NCBI RefSeq assembly: GCF_009914755.1
Contig: NC_060938.1
Direction: 5' to 3' (one strand)
DNA from: the human T2T-CHM13v2.0 reference genome, Homo sapiens
DNA: 64,000 nucleotides
Made by a program: the position numbers and the translations under genes. The notes under the pieces were generated by a model. The model was not told the DNA's origin, ran no database searches, and saw only the letters and a program-made list of their open reading frames with translations. Positions 1-20,045 of the stretch are shown here, piece by piece; the stretch's first letter is position 1, and every line of letters starts with the position of its first letter.

Positions 1-497
1 ATGCACACAACGGAATACTATCCAGCCATGAAAAGAATGAAATGCTGTCATTTGCACAAGATGGATGGGACTGAAGGTCATGATGTTAAGTGAAATGAGC
101 CAGGCACGGAAAGACACGTATCGCATGTTCTGACTCATGTGGGAGCTAAAAAAGTTGATCTCATGGAGGTAGAGAGTAGAACAGTGGTTACCAGAGGCTG
201 GGAATGGTAGGGAAAGGGGGATTGAAGAGAGGTTGGTTAATGGGTACAAACATATAGTTAGATAGGAGGAATAAATTATAGCTTTTGATAGCACAGGATG
301 ACTACAGTTAACAATAGTTTACCGTGTATTTCAAAATAGCTAGAAGAGCTGAAATGTTCTAAACACACAGAAATGATAATGTTTGCGGTGACACATATCC
401 AAAATACTCTGATTTGATCAGAATATTTGATACCGTATGCATGTATCAAAATATCATATGTACCCCATAAATATTATGTATCAATTTTTAAAAAAAG
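1..497 (+). mobile_element. L1MA-family 3' end
   Basis: GGAATACTAT..CAGCCAT..AAAAGAATGAAAT, 3' UTR and A tail. Confidence 0.85.
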
Positions 498-501
498 GAA
501 A

Positions 502-650
502 GCCAGGCACAGTGGTGTGATTCTGGCTACTTGGGGGGCTGAGGCAGGAGGATCTCTTGAGTCAGGAGTTTGGGGCTGTAGTGAGCTATGACTGCACCTG
601 TAAACAGCCACTGCACTCCAGCCTGGGTAACATAGTGTGAGACTCTGTCA
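502..650 (+). mobile_element. FAM-like fossil Alu monomer
   Basis: Monomer retaining 7SL-like CCTGTAAACAGCCACTGCACTCCAGCC segment. Confidence 0.7.
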
Positions 651-664
651 CTTACGAAAAATGA

Positions 665-960
665 GCCAGGCACGGTGGCTCACGCCTGTAATCCCAGCAC
701 TTTGGGAGGCCCAGACAGGCGGACCACCTGAGGTTGGGAGTTTGAGAGTAGCCTGACCAAATGGAGAAATCCCATCTCTACCAAAAATACAAAATTAGCC
801 AGGTGTGGTGGTGCATGCCTGTAATCCCAGCTACTCAGGAGGCTGAGGCAGGAGAATTGCTTGAACCTGGGAGGTAGAGGTTGCCGTGAGCGAGACTGCG
901 CCATTGCACTCTGCCCTGGGCAATAAGAGTGAAACTCCGTCTCGAAAAAAAAAAAGAAAA
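665..960 (+). mobile_element. Alu (AluSp-like)
   Basis: Dimeric Alu, ATGGAGAAA diagnostic, A tail. Confidence 0.9.
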
Positions 961-982
961 ATTAAAAAAATTTAAAAAGGAG

Positions 983-1329
<347 letters not shown>

Positions 1330-2155
1330 TCAAACTGCCAACATGCTACCATTTTTGACCTTAAAGCAGGAAATTTCTTATGGTTTAACTTACTAATTTC
1401 AAAGAGAATAACAGGAAAATAAAAGCAGTAAAATAAATGTAGACAAATCAGTAAGCCCTGGCATTTACACATGTTAGAAAATAGTTATCCTTTGCTCTTA
1501 AAGTGAAACTGAATCTTAACAGACAACATAGTTACCCACTTTGACTTGAGTATCATATAAAATAGCAGTTAATATTTATGCAAGAAGACCAATTGCTATT
1601 TAACGCCAGTGTAGTAGCTCAGTCCCAAGGATTTTTCACTGCAGAGTTTCAGCAAGTATCTGGTCTAATACAGACTTGAAACAAAGAAGAAAGTTTAGCA
1701 CTGTTTAAAAAAATACTGCTCTTAAGAAGTTTTTATCTTTGGCTCCGAAAGAACACAGATGGAAATATAAAGAGGTCAGAATTCTTTCCTACTTTTCAAA
1801 CATAAATCTTTACTTTTAAGGGTGATAAAAAGCATAAAAGCAATTTGGAGGAGAAAAATCTGTACTGACTCTTGAATTTTACAAATAAACTTAACTGTGT
1901 GGCTGTCCTTTTGGACTTCAATATGGTTTGTTAGAATAAAACTATTTTTAGGAACTCTACTGTAAAAAAATCTACAGCTTGGCATGGAAGAGACAGAGAA
2001 AAGTAAATATGTAGTTAATTTCTTGGAAAATGCAGATAACTTTAACAGGTCATTTTTAGTCTTCAACCTCTTTACAATAAATCTTATTCTCAGGAAGGAA
2101 GGAATAGATATAAAAGATCAATATGCTGTAACAGCATCATTAGATTATTTAGTTC

Positions 2156-2710
<555 letters not shown>

Positions 2711-3594
2711 TAGATTTAGTTCTCTTAAGGAACTAGAAGGCCTTGAAAAGGATGGAGGGTAGAGGTTGAAGGAGCGCCACAATTATCTACCTACTGATAA
2801 CCACTAGATATTGATAACCTTCAATCACGTTTACAAAACAGAATTAGATTTAGGGAACTACATTAATCACTGCCAAACAGATTTAAGGTGTACCAATTGC
2901 TTTTCAGTCATTTTTAAAAGGAATATTTTATCAAGTCTTAATCCAAATTTCTCAAGATTCTCAGCCATGCATGTAATCTTAAGGTTAGAAGGAACTACTA
3001 TATTATTACTGAAATAAACTCCATAAGCCCTCCTAGATAGGTGTGACTTAGAACAGACAGTGTTCTATAAATTTTCTGAACGCTCAAGACTGCTTTTTTT
3101 TTTGTTTTTTTGAAAGCCAGGAAAAGATCCATGTAATAAAGTAAGGAATATAAAGGCAGCAGACATTTTTGTCTTAAACTAGTACTATTTAGCATTATAC
3201 TTCAAAGAATAGAGCATGCACTCAGCTGCTTCAGTAGTAATATGATTTCCAGTTTAGCTGATGAGCTTTTATACAACTTATACCATAACCAACAAAAACA
3301 TGTTTGAGCCTGCAGCTTCAAAAATAACATTTCTGTTGTTAACTGAAATCTTTCAAAATAAAGGACACAAATATTAAGGATGTTCAGCCAGAGTTGATCT
3401 CCTAACTCATATTATACTTCATTACACAGCTCCTAATCTTCTTAGATTTCCTGAATATGCTGATATATAATCTGTCTTCCTGGGGAAAATAAAATAAAAT
3501 TACTGCTACTCCTCCAACTTATACTTTCCAATTAATTACAGTGCACTGAAAGAATTTGAAATTGAAGAACTTCCCCACCCCTCTTTTCCTCTTC

Positions 3595-3886
<292 letters not shown>

Positions 3887-4191
3887 CCCCCTTTTCTTCT
3901 TAAAGGTTATATTCTCAAAGCAGGTAAAAGTTTTCTATATCAGCTCAGGGTCCCTCAAATAGATAGCTCCAAGAATGGTTTCAGTTAGTTTTCAGCATTA
4001 ACTAGGAATTAATTGACATAAAGCAGGATAAAATATGGAAAAATACTACCCATCATCTAGCTCTAATATATACTATAATAGCAAATTGTGGTTATTTCAT
4101 ATCTCTTTCATTTAACAATTTTTTATAAGAATTGAAGCTAACTGTCAATCTTTTACTTTAATCATCTGTTTCAAAGGTCTTATTTTTGTTA

Positions 4192-4596
<405 letters not shown>

Positions 4597-4956
4597 TGAA
4601 AACTTCTTCTTTTTTTTTTTTTTTTTTTTTTAACAAATATGCCTTTTCTAGGACAGTTTAAACCAGGACATGACAAAGTATGTTCTCCACTGATAGAAAT
4701 AAACTTACATACCCTTGATGTTTACTTTGCCTGCGTTGTGTGTCTCTATTGAAATCTAAAACTGGAACTTATATCTTAAAGACCTCTTACACAAGTGTTT
4801 ATAACATCAGATAAGTCAAAGCAAACTACGTTTTCAAAGGCTATTACCAAAGTAATTATGGAAGCTCTCAGTACTGACTCCCTTTAAGCAAAGTGAGTAA
4901 AGAAAATAGCACAGTGCTAGGCCCAATTAATGTTTGCTTTTTTTCACTTTTTCTAG

Positions 4957-5236
<280 letters not shown>

Positions 5237-5657
5237 AGTAAAGCAATTTCTAAGCAGGGGAATATTACATTTTGCTTTGGTTACTACATCTCTAAATATT
5301 ACCAAGTCAACTGCTAGCCTGCCTTATCTCCTGATAAGACAGTACTTTATAGTCTATCATAAACAAATGAAAGAATATGTTGATTTATATTAATTTAAAT
5401 TAAGAATTCTCTTGCATTTATGGTGCTACAGCTAACTCCACATGTTAGAACAACAGCTTAATCTCATCTCAGCTGAAGGTATCTTGGACTTATGTGGAGG
5501 AGGAGATAGGAGTGACTATTGTTATTACATCATTTCCAAGAACTCCAAATAGTGTGCATAGTAGAAAATCTCAGATGAAATCAGGTAATGCTTTCAAAAA
5601 AAGATAAGCAAACCTGGGTTAAAAACATTTCAAATTTCCATCATGCTCAACATTTAA

Positions 5658-5938
<281 letters not shown>

Positions 5939-6523
5939 TAAACCACAAGATCTTTCAATACACCATATAAGTAACTTCTGAGAGGAAGAACAGACTTAGT
6001 AGGCTTTCCCACCTCTCCCTTTTAGAAGCAAGGCATATTTAAGAGTTATGTTACAGCTAAGAAACTAAACTGATGCCCAGTGAGGTTACATATCTTAAAA
6101 TAGAGAAACCAAGACTTGACTCCCTGGTTCTTCTGGTTTCAAAGACTGGACTTTGAATGACTCAATGATGTATTCTAGCTCCTGTATTGCTAGGATTGAC
6201 TAAAAGGGAATGTTAAGTATTTAACGTAGGAATTTAGAAGAGGAATAAGTGAGTAACTTTGTTGCATTACAAATAATCAACAATGCACGTTGGCCCACCC
6301 TGTTGAGACTCATCTACCTACTGTGAATTCTTCCCTAACACCGCCTCCGCCACATCACACTGCTTCTCCTTCAGTCTACTACATCATGCAGAATCCCAGG
6401 GAAAGAGGTGGTGCCCACAGATTTCCTTCCATCCTGCATTCTCCTTTCCCATTTTAATCTAGGATTTCTGCCATCCTGCATCTTCCAAAGAGGGCACCCT
6501 GCAAAATTTCAGTCAACCATTTC

Positions 6524-6738
6524 CAGAGTTTCTCAGTAAGATTGTTGTTGGCATTTTGGGCAAAACAGTTCTTCATTGTTTAGGCTGTTTAGTGCCTTGC
6601 ACAACATTGAGCATCACTGGCCTCTGGGCTGTGCATGCCAACAGTGCCACAGCAACCTAGTCTGTGACCAAAAATACCTCTAGACTATTCCATATGCTTC
6701 TCAGGAAGATGGTACTCTTCCTGGTTGACTGTTCTCTA
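6524..6738. mobile_element. MER20-like hAT-Charlie MITE
   Basis: GGCATTTTGGG...TGTGACCAAAAAT...CTCTAGAC..TTCCA.ATG pattern resembling MER20. Diverged. Confidence 0.6.
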
Positions 6739-6777
6739 CCATAAGCCCTGAAAGTTATTTCTTCACAGGGACCATGA

Positions 6778-7170
<393 letters not shown>

Positions 7171-7861
7171 TGGAATGTTTTATACTGCAATCTGGGTGGT
7201 GATTAGATGAGTATATTTATGAAAACTGTATGTCTAAGATCTGTACACTTCATTGTATGAATGTCAATACTTCAATAAGAATAAAAATAAAATTTAAAAT
7301 ACTTGGAAAATCACCCAAAGTTAAACAAAAATGGAATTGAGGTTAAATTTCTCATCTCTCTATTGATGATTTTAAATACAGCCAACTATTATTTAATAAT
7401 ACCCCTTTTACTTAAAAACAACAACAACAACAAAACAGAACCATCTAAATATTACAGGTGTGGGCTCAGGAACTCTCCTCTTAACCTTTGGTTTTAAGAC
7501 AAATCTGGAAAAATACTGAAATTTTTGGTGCTGCATATTCCGGGAATTTGTATTGTAAGATGGGGTAAGTGTTAGGAAAACAGCACTTCAAACTTAAATG
7601 TCCTGAGGCAAGAAATGAAAGCTGGCCTTCCCTTCTTTCCCTTTCTCTCTTTAAATGCTCACGTGAATGAATACACAGAATAGAAAATCCTGGTAATAAA
7701 AATATTCGTTTTTTATCTGTGCATTTGCTTTAATTCTCATGAAGACATTTTCCCTAGATATTTTACTATTAGGTTTTTCTTCTGCATACCCTGCCAAGAT
7801 GGGGAGGCTGATGGACGGCTGGCACAAAAAATTAGTAACTTAATATAAAAATCTGATTCTG

Positions 7862-8229
<368 letters not shown>

Positions 8230-8374
8230 CTACAATTGAAATTATGAGGATACAATGGAGTACAAAATTATTCAGCAAAGAAAAAGTTAAAATGACACCA
8301 CCATAGTAGCAAAGCATGAACAAATGCTTCATGTTAACAGAAAAGGTCAGTTTCAGATTAAAAAATTTAAATGT

Positions 8375-8727
<353 letters not shown>

Positions 8728-9211
8728 CTAAAACAGTTTTTGTAGAAATAATATGCTCTCTAGGATGACTGGAATCTGAAATTCTGAAAAGCAAATACGG
8801 TAATATTGACAAAGTAATAATTTCTCAGGACCTAACACCTTTACCAAATTAGAATGTTTTGACTTCATTTTAAAAGGGGCGAAGCTGAGCAGGGAGTGTA
8901 CACGCAAGCAGTTAGTTTCGGGAAGGCTGGACTTGTACCAGGGCTTACGATGTTCCAGAGCTAAATAAACCTTAGGTAAACAGACCCTTCTTTACGTGTG
9001 CAAGCACGTCCTTTAACAGTAAGAACTGCTGGGATTCCTGACTCCATTTATTCAGGAAATTTCCAAAAGTAATTTTTACTTCTTTCAAGAAAGGGGAAGT
9101 AGGTTGGGCAAATGAACGTTTAGATTCGATAGCAAAAGTAACAAAAAATATTCCTAAGTCTCTGGGGTTTGCTGGTGCCAACTGAATTTTGAATTCCTGT
9201 TATAACCTCTA

Positions 9212-9631
<420 letters not shown>

Positions 9632-9941
9632 TTATTTACTCCATATAAATAATAGGTTTCATCAAATTCAATATTACCAATTTTTTAAAAGTGCTCATTT
9701 TGAGAAACATGACAAATTCATATTGATAAATTCACCAAATAAGTGTTAAAAGAAACTGTATACATACAGCGGTTGTGGATATGTGTCAGGATTTCTGAAA
9801 GAAACTTAAACACTAAAGAAGTCAAATTAGGAGGCTACTAACATTTCTGAAGCCTCAGGGCAGTCTAACTTTATGATATAAAAAATTTTTAACACAGAAA
9901 TCTGGTATATAAAATTAAATAATAAACATTTCACATATTTC

Positions 9942-9944
<3 letters not shown>

Positions 9945-9979
<35 letters not shown>
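9945..9979. repeat. (CA)n microsatellite
   Basis: About 17 perfect CA units. Confidence 0.95.
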
Positions 9980-9982
<3 letters not shown>

Positions 9983-10119
9983 GCTAAACATAGAAGAAAT
10001 AGAAATTGATTTCACCAAAGGCAAAATAAAAAAAAATTGATTTCACCAAAGGCAAAAAGAAGACTACACAAAAAGGGGAGAACATATTGTGCACTAGGGA
10101 AGCAGATGTCATTAAAAAA

Positions 10120-11460
10120 ACATATGCTGAGCACTCATGATGCACCAGATATTGCTCTAGACCCTGGACATTCTGCAGCAAATGAAACAGACAAAACTCC
10201 TGCCTTTATGCAGCTTACATTCCAGTGTGGGAGATGGACAACAAACAAAATTAATACTCACTAAAGAAGTGTTTCAGGAAAGACCTGATGCAGCCAAGTG
10301 CTATTTCTTTTTTTTTTTGAGATGGAGTTTCGCTCTTGTTGCCCAGGCGGAGTGCAATGGCGCCATCTTGGCTCACTGCAACCCTCCACCTCCCGGGTTC
10401 AAGCGATTCTCCTGCCTCAGCCTCCCGAGTAGCTGGGATTACAGGCATGCGCCACCACACCTGGCTAATCTTGTATTTTCAGTAGAGACAGGGTTTCTCC
10501 ATGTTGGTCAGGCTGGTCTCGAACTCCCAATCTTAGGTGATCTGCCCGCCTCGGCCTTCCAAAGTGCTAGGATTACAGCTGTGAGCCACCACACCCAGCC
10601 CCAAGTGCTATTTCTATAAACTGCCAAGACCCGGAGCAAAAAGCACACCCAGCATATGCAAGAAATATGGAACAGCGAGTGAGGGGAAGAGTGGGATAGA
10701 GGAAGTCAACAGACAGATAGATCCCAAGGGCCCACAGGTCTTCACTGACTTTAGGCGGGATGAGAAGGCCTTTGGGGAGGGTTCTTAAACAGAAGATAGA
10801 TATGATCTCCCATCAGGATCACACTGAGAGCTATCTATATTTAGAATAGATGCAAAGAGGGAAGCAGAGACACCACAGGAGGGAAGATGGTGGCTTGGAT
10901 GAACACAGTAGCAAGTGGTAGAAAGTGGACTGAGGATACATTTAGAAGGCAGACAGAAGTGTTACAAACAAGGTATGAAACAAATATTTAATGAATGAAT
11001 GAATCCTGCATATGAGGTATGAGACCAACATGGACCAGACTGCTTAGAAAAGGGGTCGTGGACTCATAAAATTTTACTGGAACTCTCTGTACGGATATCT
11101 ACAATTCCTGATGTTCAGCATTGCTTATTTAATTCTTCCAAAGCATTTTTGCTTGACTGATTCCTCTACTATTATGACTGGCTGGCTATTAAAACCAGGT
11201 GAAAGTGGACAGAAATCTAAGTCAAGTAAATAACAATGAGATATGGAGAAGTAGACAGGTTCAAAGATATTAAGGAAGCATGATCCATAGGCACTGGTGA
11301 CTAAATACAGGGGATAAAGGAGAGAAACGATGATAGGTATTTCTTGTTTGGACAACTTCATGAATAGTGATGCCATTACCTGAGATAGGAAACACAAAAG
11401 AAAAAGTTGGTTTGAGGGGAAACCAGCAAAAAGGCTAAAAACTGTGGAGACACAACTCAA
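10120..11460. mobile_element. Degenerate L2 fragments interrupted by an Alu (10308-10600, minus)
   Basis: TGCTGAGCACT..ATGCACCAG..ATTGCTCTAG, ACAAAACTCCTGCCTTTATG..GCTTACATTCCAGTG and ATGAATGAATGAAT patterns. Confidence 0.6.
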
Positions 11461-12308
11461 TTTTGGTGGAGCAAGTATTTCTAGAGCCTAGATTTTGAAA
11501 TGCAGTAGGTCAAGACTACTGCTTCCAAACTTGAACTAGAATATTAAAAATTATTTTCTGAGATGATGAAAAGGTTCTATAAATGGATAGTGGTGATGGT
11601 TGCACAGCACTGGATGTATGTAATGCCACTGAATTGTACCGAAAAATGATTAATTTTGTTATATATATTTACCACAATAAAAAAGTTTTAAATTTATTAT
11701 AGGTGACACTGTTTGCTCACTGTAGGTCAGGTATTTTTTGGTTTTTTTTTTCTCTTTATTTTATTTTTGACCAATGGATTCACATCACCAGGTGATTTTT
11801 TAAACAGCTTTATTGAGATATATATCACGTGCCATAAAATTCACCCATTTAAAGCACACAGTTAAATGTTTTTTAGTATAGAGTTCTGCACCTCTTATGA
11901 CAATAAATGTTAGAATATTTTCATCACTCAAAAAGAAACCAGTATCCATTAGCAATACCCCTTTTCATCCTAGTCCTTCCAGCCTATAGGCCGAGTTTAA
12001 GCAAAACTTTTGTGGGAGGTGGGTCAAGTAATATAATTTATTCCAAAGCCACACTTTTCTATGTAAACAAAAGACAAGTGATAACTTTTAAAAAGAAGAA
12101 AAAAAAACCTCTCTTAGAGCTCTATTTCTTTTTCTACCATTAGATCAGTGGTAAAGATAAAATACTACTAGTAAAAACTCCTATGGACAATTTTCTGCAG
12201 TTTAGGTGAAAATCATGCAAATCAGTAAATACAAGCAATTTGTAAATTTTAATTTTGTTTTTGTTATTTTCTACCAATGTCTATGTATTCCCCCACCCCC
12301 CCACTTCT

Positions 12309-12591
<283 letters not shown>

Positions 12592-13019
12592 TATGTACTT
12601 CTTATCTTTAAAAACCCCAAAGAAACCAAAGAACACTATGAAAGATAAAGGGCAGAAGTTAAAAAAAAAAAAAAAGTTATGGAAAGATTCCCTATGGCAC
12701 ATTTTAAGACATGTCTCTACTTTGTAATTCATTAATTTGCTCTTGTTTATAAGTTCCTGTTACTGTACTTATGCCGTTTATGTGTGGTCTAGTGTTGCCA
12801 GAACAAACTGCAAACTCTGAGGACAAATACTGTTATATTTTTTTCCCTAGTAACTCCCCCAAGAACACTGAGCAGATAAGCCAAGTTGAAATACGCTGGG
12901 AAAATGAAAACACGTTATGTATTCGAACTAATTTAAATTACAAAGCAAAATTACCTATATAGTCAATTACATTAAGGCAAACAATCATCTAATACATTAA
13001 TAAATATCTAGTACACAAA

Positions 13020-13250
13020 AAGCATTCTGGAACTGGACCCATGAGTTCAAACTGGCTCCAACACTAGTAACTATGTGTCCTTGGGTAAGCAACTTAACCT
13101 CTTTGTTTCCTTAACCTCTCAGCTTCCTCCTTTTGTAAAAGAGGGAAAATAATGTCTAACATTTAATACTTGTTCTGAGAATTTAATGAAAAGCAGTTAG
13201 AACAGTGCTAACTACATGGTAAGCAGATAATAAACGGCCACTGTTATTTC
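13020..13250 (+). mobile_element. MIR
   Basis: CTATGTGTCCTTGGGTAAGCAACTTAACCTCT...TGTAAAA...TAGAACAGTGC core. Confidence 0.75.
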
Positions 13251-13897
13251 ACTTGTTCATGTATTCTTCTCTTAAAATCATGCTGTTCCTATCTTCCATA
13301 CAACATGTTCCGACCCTTCGGCTTAGCCTTAACTTTGAAAAATGAAATGAACGACTATCTTACTTCCCTTGTTGTTTCCAATTCTCCATTTTCTATTTCC
13401 TGTGCACACTCTTATTAATTTTAACACATAACACAAGGACACAGCTGATTTTACTAACATATAATCACTTCATTCTCTAATGCTCTGATTTATAGTTTAT
13501 AAACAAGCTTCATATATTTTACCCTCTACGATGCTATGAACTTTCCAAAGCTTTTGAGGTTTTCCTTTATTCTCCAATTTAGAGTACCTCTACCATCACA
13601 TCACCCAGTAATTATCATCCAGGTGAGGCAAATTACCTTTGCAAATCTGAGTGTTCAAGATGGCAAGCAGACACCGTCCTTTTCTGAAAACTACCACTCA
13701 TGCACACCCCATCATAATGGGGATGGGATCCTGTCTCTACCTGAGCTAATTTTATTCTCACATCTAATAATCTAGAATAGGCACAGAGATATGCTTGCAT
13801 GGAGGACATTTTAAACTTGAAATAATAAGACAGTCATTTTGGATGTCATACATCAAAGCAGTAATGCAGGTCTCAGAAAGAAAGAGAGAACTAATAA

Positions 13898-14303
<406 letters not shown>

Positions 14304-14853
14304 TAGTAGCTGTATGGCTACAGCCAAGTCACTTAACCTCTGAGTTTGGTTTCTTCATCTGCAAAATGGGAATGGCAATGGGGATGATGATGATGATGAT
14401 AACTACCTACTAGATAAGGCTGTTTTAAGAAAATGGGATACTCCATTAAAGCACTTAATGAAATGCTTAAACAAACGGTCTTTAAAAACTTATTTTATAT
14501 TTACATATGTAAGATCATTTATATTATTTTCTATTTTTGTTATTTTACCTATAACAAGACCTATAATATTTTAAGGCCTATTCTTCTATCATCAAATTGG
14601 GAAAAAACAGAAACAAATGGGCATATATCCTTTTTATCTTCTAGGGAGATATTAAAGACCTTGAGGAAAAAGAGAAAAGGCAAGCCAACAGGAGACAGTT
14701 ATTTTCTAACTCTAAGGCCCACTCAGACACCAAAAAGAGAAAAAATTAATTAAAAAAAGAAGGATCTAAGTGGTATTAAGAAATAATTGTAATCTAACAC
14801 TAAGAAACTGTTGTTTATTCTGAGAATTCAAAAAAATGAAAATTTTATCTTAA

Positions 14854-15198
<345 letters not shown>

Positions 15199-15286
15199 TA
15201 GCTGGCACGTGGTTAAGTAGTCAAAAACAGATTGCTGACTGAATAAACTTCTTATTGTGGCTTGAACTAATAAAAAAACACAATTA

Positions 15287-15598
15287 AGCCAGGCAAGGTG
15301 GCTCATGCCTATAATCCCAGCACTTTGGGAGGCCGAGGCAGGCAGATCACCTGGGGTCGGGAGTTCTAGACCAGCCTGACCAACATGAAGAAACCCTGTC
15401 TCTACTAAAAATACAAAATGAGCCAGGTGTGGTGACACATGCCTATAATCCCAGCTACTCGGGAAGCTGAGGCAGGAGAATCGCTCGAACCTGGGAGGCG
15501 GAGGTTGCGGTAAGCAGAGGTTGTGCCATTGTACTCCAGCCTGCCAGCATGGGCAACAAGAGCGAAACTCTGTCTCAAAAAAAAAAAAAAAAAAAAAA
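15287..15598 (+). mobile_element. Alu (AluSp-like)
   Basis: Dimeric Alu with A tail. Confidence 0.9.
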
Positions 15599-15813
15599 GT
15601 AATAAGAAGGTCCTCTGGATATGTTTTGAAGATCAGACAGCAATAAAGGAATAATATGCCTTAAAAGGCCTGAAACATACAAAAAAAATGTAATGGACAG
15701 AGTTCTTATCTGCTAATAAATTTAACACCACATTCTCAATTAGCTGTGCATATGCAGGAAGAGGAAGGCACAGCAGCCCAGATCATCAAGAAATGGTCTC
15801 CATTTGATTTTGA

Positions 15814-16143
<330 letters not shown>

Positions 16144-16385
16144 ACATTTTATTATTTTAAAGGTAGATCTCTCTCATTGCTAACATTTAATTATGGCATA
16201 AGTCCATATATACCAGTTCCACTGAGGGGAAATGAGTGATATAATGCATGTTTAGTTGCAGAAGTAGTTTAGAACTACAAATATGCCATATATAATCTGT
16301 TCACAGAACCAAAAATATGTGTAACATGTAAAATCTAAGAATAAGGCAAAGTGTAACTGTACTCAGAAGGTATGCTTGCAAAACA

Positions 16386-16729
<344 letters not shown>

Positions 16730-17145
16730 TAACAAACTAATTCTTACCAAAAGCAGCACATTCATCTATCAAGAGTAACCTCTTCCTAGCAATGCCTTAT
16801 GATGGCCTACTTTCATTTAAATTACTATTTTGAACTTAGAAATGCAAGGACTCTGTGCACACAGACTGGATGATCTGGATATACACCCATTTAGAAGCGG
16901 GGGGTCCATGTGGAAATGTGTTCTAACAGTAAGTCATCAAATTTTCTTTTTTAAAAAAGAAGCAGTCTTTCCTTTGCTCATCTTTTAAAATGATCAATGG
17001 TCACTTTCTTTGAACAGCTCTAAAGTGGGGGGAGAAGGCAGCAGATAACACTTTAAACTCTTGTCACACTTTCCAGATCAGTAAATTATATACTCATCAC
17101 AAGCATCTAGATGGGATGCATCATGAATATATCTAAGAATATCTA

Positions 17146-17547
<402 letters not shown>

Positions 17548-18388
17548 TCAGTGAAGATATTTTTAAAAACCAGAGTATACTGGTATTTGAATTTATTTCT
17601 TTTGTGTTTTTTTTCACATTATCTCACAGAAAGATAAAGAATCTTATCTAAAAGCTCAAAATGAAAATAAAAGAAATATTAGCTAACAGGACAGATTGAT
17701 TTTAACAACATGTTTCCCGTAAGTCCTAACTAAATGGCACTGGAAAATCTTTCTGTTAAGAAAAGGAAAATAAATGGACCTTCAACAGGCTCTTTATAAG
17801 CAAAGGCATTTTCGTGCCCCAGAGAACAGTCTTGTAAAAGGGAGATTTATAAGGGACTTCCAGGAAGCAAGAGTTCAGTAATTTTCTAACACTGAAGCAA
17901 AGCAACGGGAACTAGGTTTACCATCTCCAAGACACAACCCCTATTTTGCTAGACTGGCGACAAATATCAAAGTGCTCAGCCGGGGCCACTGTCAAGCTAA
18001 AGAACATCAAAGCAGACAGATCTGCGTCTTCATATCCTAGGGATGCTGTTCTAAAGCAGCCCCTTGGTTTCCTATCTCCCTGTAAGAACTAGAACTGCTT
18101 TTGCTAACACCAAGTACTGCACAGTAAATTCCTCTTAAAAGCACAGTTTATCACCCCCACCCTCTTGTGGCTTAATCCTTTAATTCATTTCAATGCCAAA
18201 AACTAGGATTTCCTGAGGACTGCCACAGGATGTATGACAAGCAGCAGGGGCAAGCTTAAAGTTGCTGATTCAATATAATCAGAAGTTTAAAAGAATGGTT
18301 GCTAATGCACAGCCAGAAACAGAGGGCCCTCCACAAAAGGCAGAAAAGAGGCCAAGTGCCTGTGAAAAATCAAGGAACTGAGTTTTAA

Positions 18389-18680
<292 letters not shown>

Positions 18681-19402
18681 CAGAAAGTCTTAATGGACCA
18701 TTCTACTGTCCTCTGTTGGGGCTGGAACATATCACAGGCTACTCTGAGACAAAGAGATAAGGAACGTAAACACTGTAGTAATGTATCTACCCACAGATGA
18801 AGACAGCTAGCAAATAAAGGTAATCTCTGGTAAAGGCTTGGCTTGGATTTAAGTTAACAGTTTTAGAGGTAGAAGGCAACACAATAAGACAATCAGAGTT
18901 TTACAAAACGGTTAATACTAAACATTTTAACAACTTTATAGTGGGCAAGGCCATTTGTAGGTTATGTACTAAGTAATTTGAGGATTAATAGGTTATAAAA
19001 ATACAAGCAGCCCCCCCCAAAAAAAGTAAAACAAAAATAATTAATTCCAACTAGCCTTAGGAACCATGACCACAGATCTCTGAATGCTTAGTTCTGTTTT
19101 CCTGCTGCACCTAACTGGTTTCTAACTTCTCCACCTATGCCACTGATTCAATCAGCCAGAATCATCAGCTGTTCAGAAGGGAGTGTCAGCATCCCAGGCA
19201 TTTAGAGTTCCAGAAACAACCAAAAATGGCAACTTAGCTCTGCCAGCAAATGCCTGTCTTACAAGCCAAACATCTCCCTCATTTGTATCTTGACTTCCAG
19301 TTTCTTTTCCTTTTTCAATTACCATCAATCAGTAGAGCTGCTTTGGTACTGAGGTAAAAAAGTTAAAAGGAAAAAAAGAGGATTGTCAAAAAGACAATCC
19401 TC

Positions 19403-19688
19403 TTTTTTATTTTCTAGAGATAGGGTTTCCCTCTCTCATCCAAGCTGGAATGCAGTGGTGTGATCATAGCTGGGTTTGTGCAATCCTCCGCCTTGGCCTC
19501 CCAAGTAGCTAGGATTACAGACGTGTACCACCACACTTGGCTAATTTTTAGAATTTTTTGTAGAGACAGAGGCTCACACTATGTCACCCAGACTGGTCTC
19601 AAACTCCTGACCTCAAGTGATCCTCCAGCTTCAGCCTCCCAAAATGTTACGATTACATCCCAAAATGTCAGGATTACCATATCCAGCC
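19403..19688 (-). mobile_element. Rearranged AluJ-like
   Basis: Internal deletion plus a short duplication (CCCAAAATGT..GATTAC twice). Confidence 0.8.
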
Positions 19689-20045
19689 TAAGGTTTTCTT
19701 TTCAATGCATATTCTAGGGCCTCATCCACCAAGACTCAGTAGGGTGGGTGGAACAAACTAGAATCTTCATTTTTAACAAGCAGCAGTGGTTCTGAAATGG
19801 GGCCTTACATGAGAAGCATCTGGGGTGCTTTTAAATAACACCATGCCATGGCAGGGAGGCCTCGCCTTGAGATACTCAATGGGTCTACAGAAGGTCTCTA
19901 ACACTGGCACTATTTTTTTAAGCTTTCCTGTGTGTAAGCAAGGTATGAACCACTGTACTAAAAGTACCTCTGATGCAGGTGGTCCATGGACAAAGTCTGA
20001 GAACAGGGGCTTAAAGAGTTCATGTTAATGAGGTCATTCTGAACC

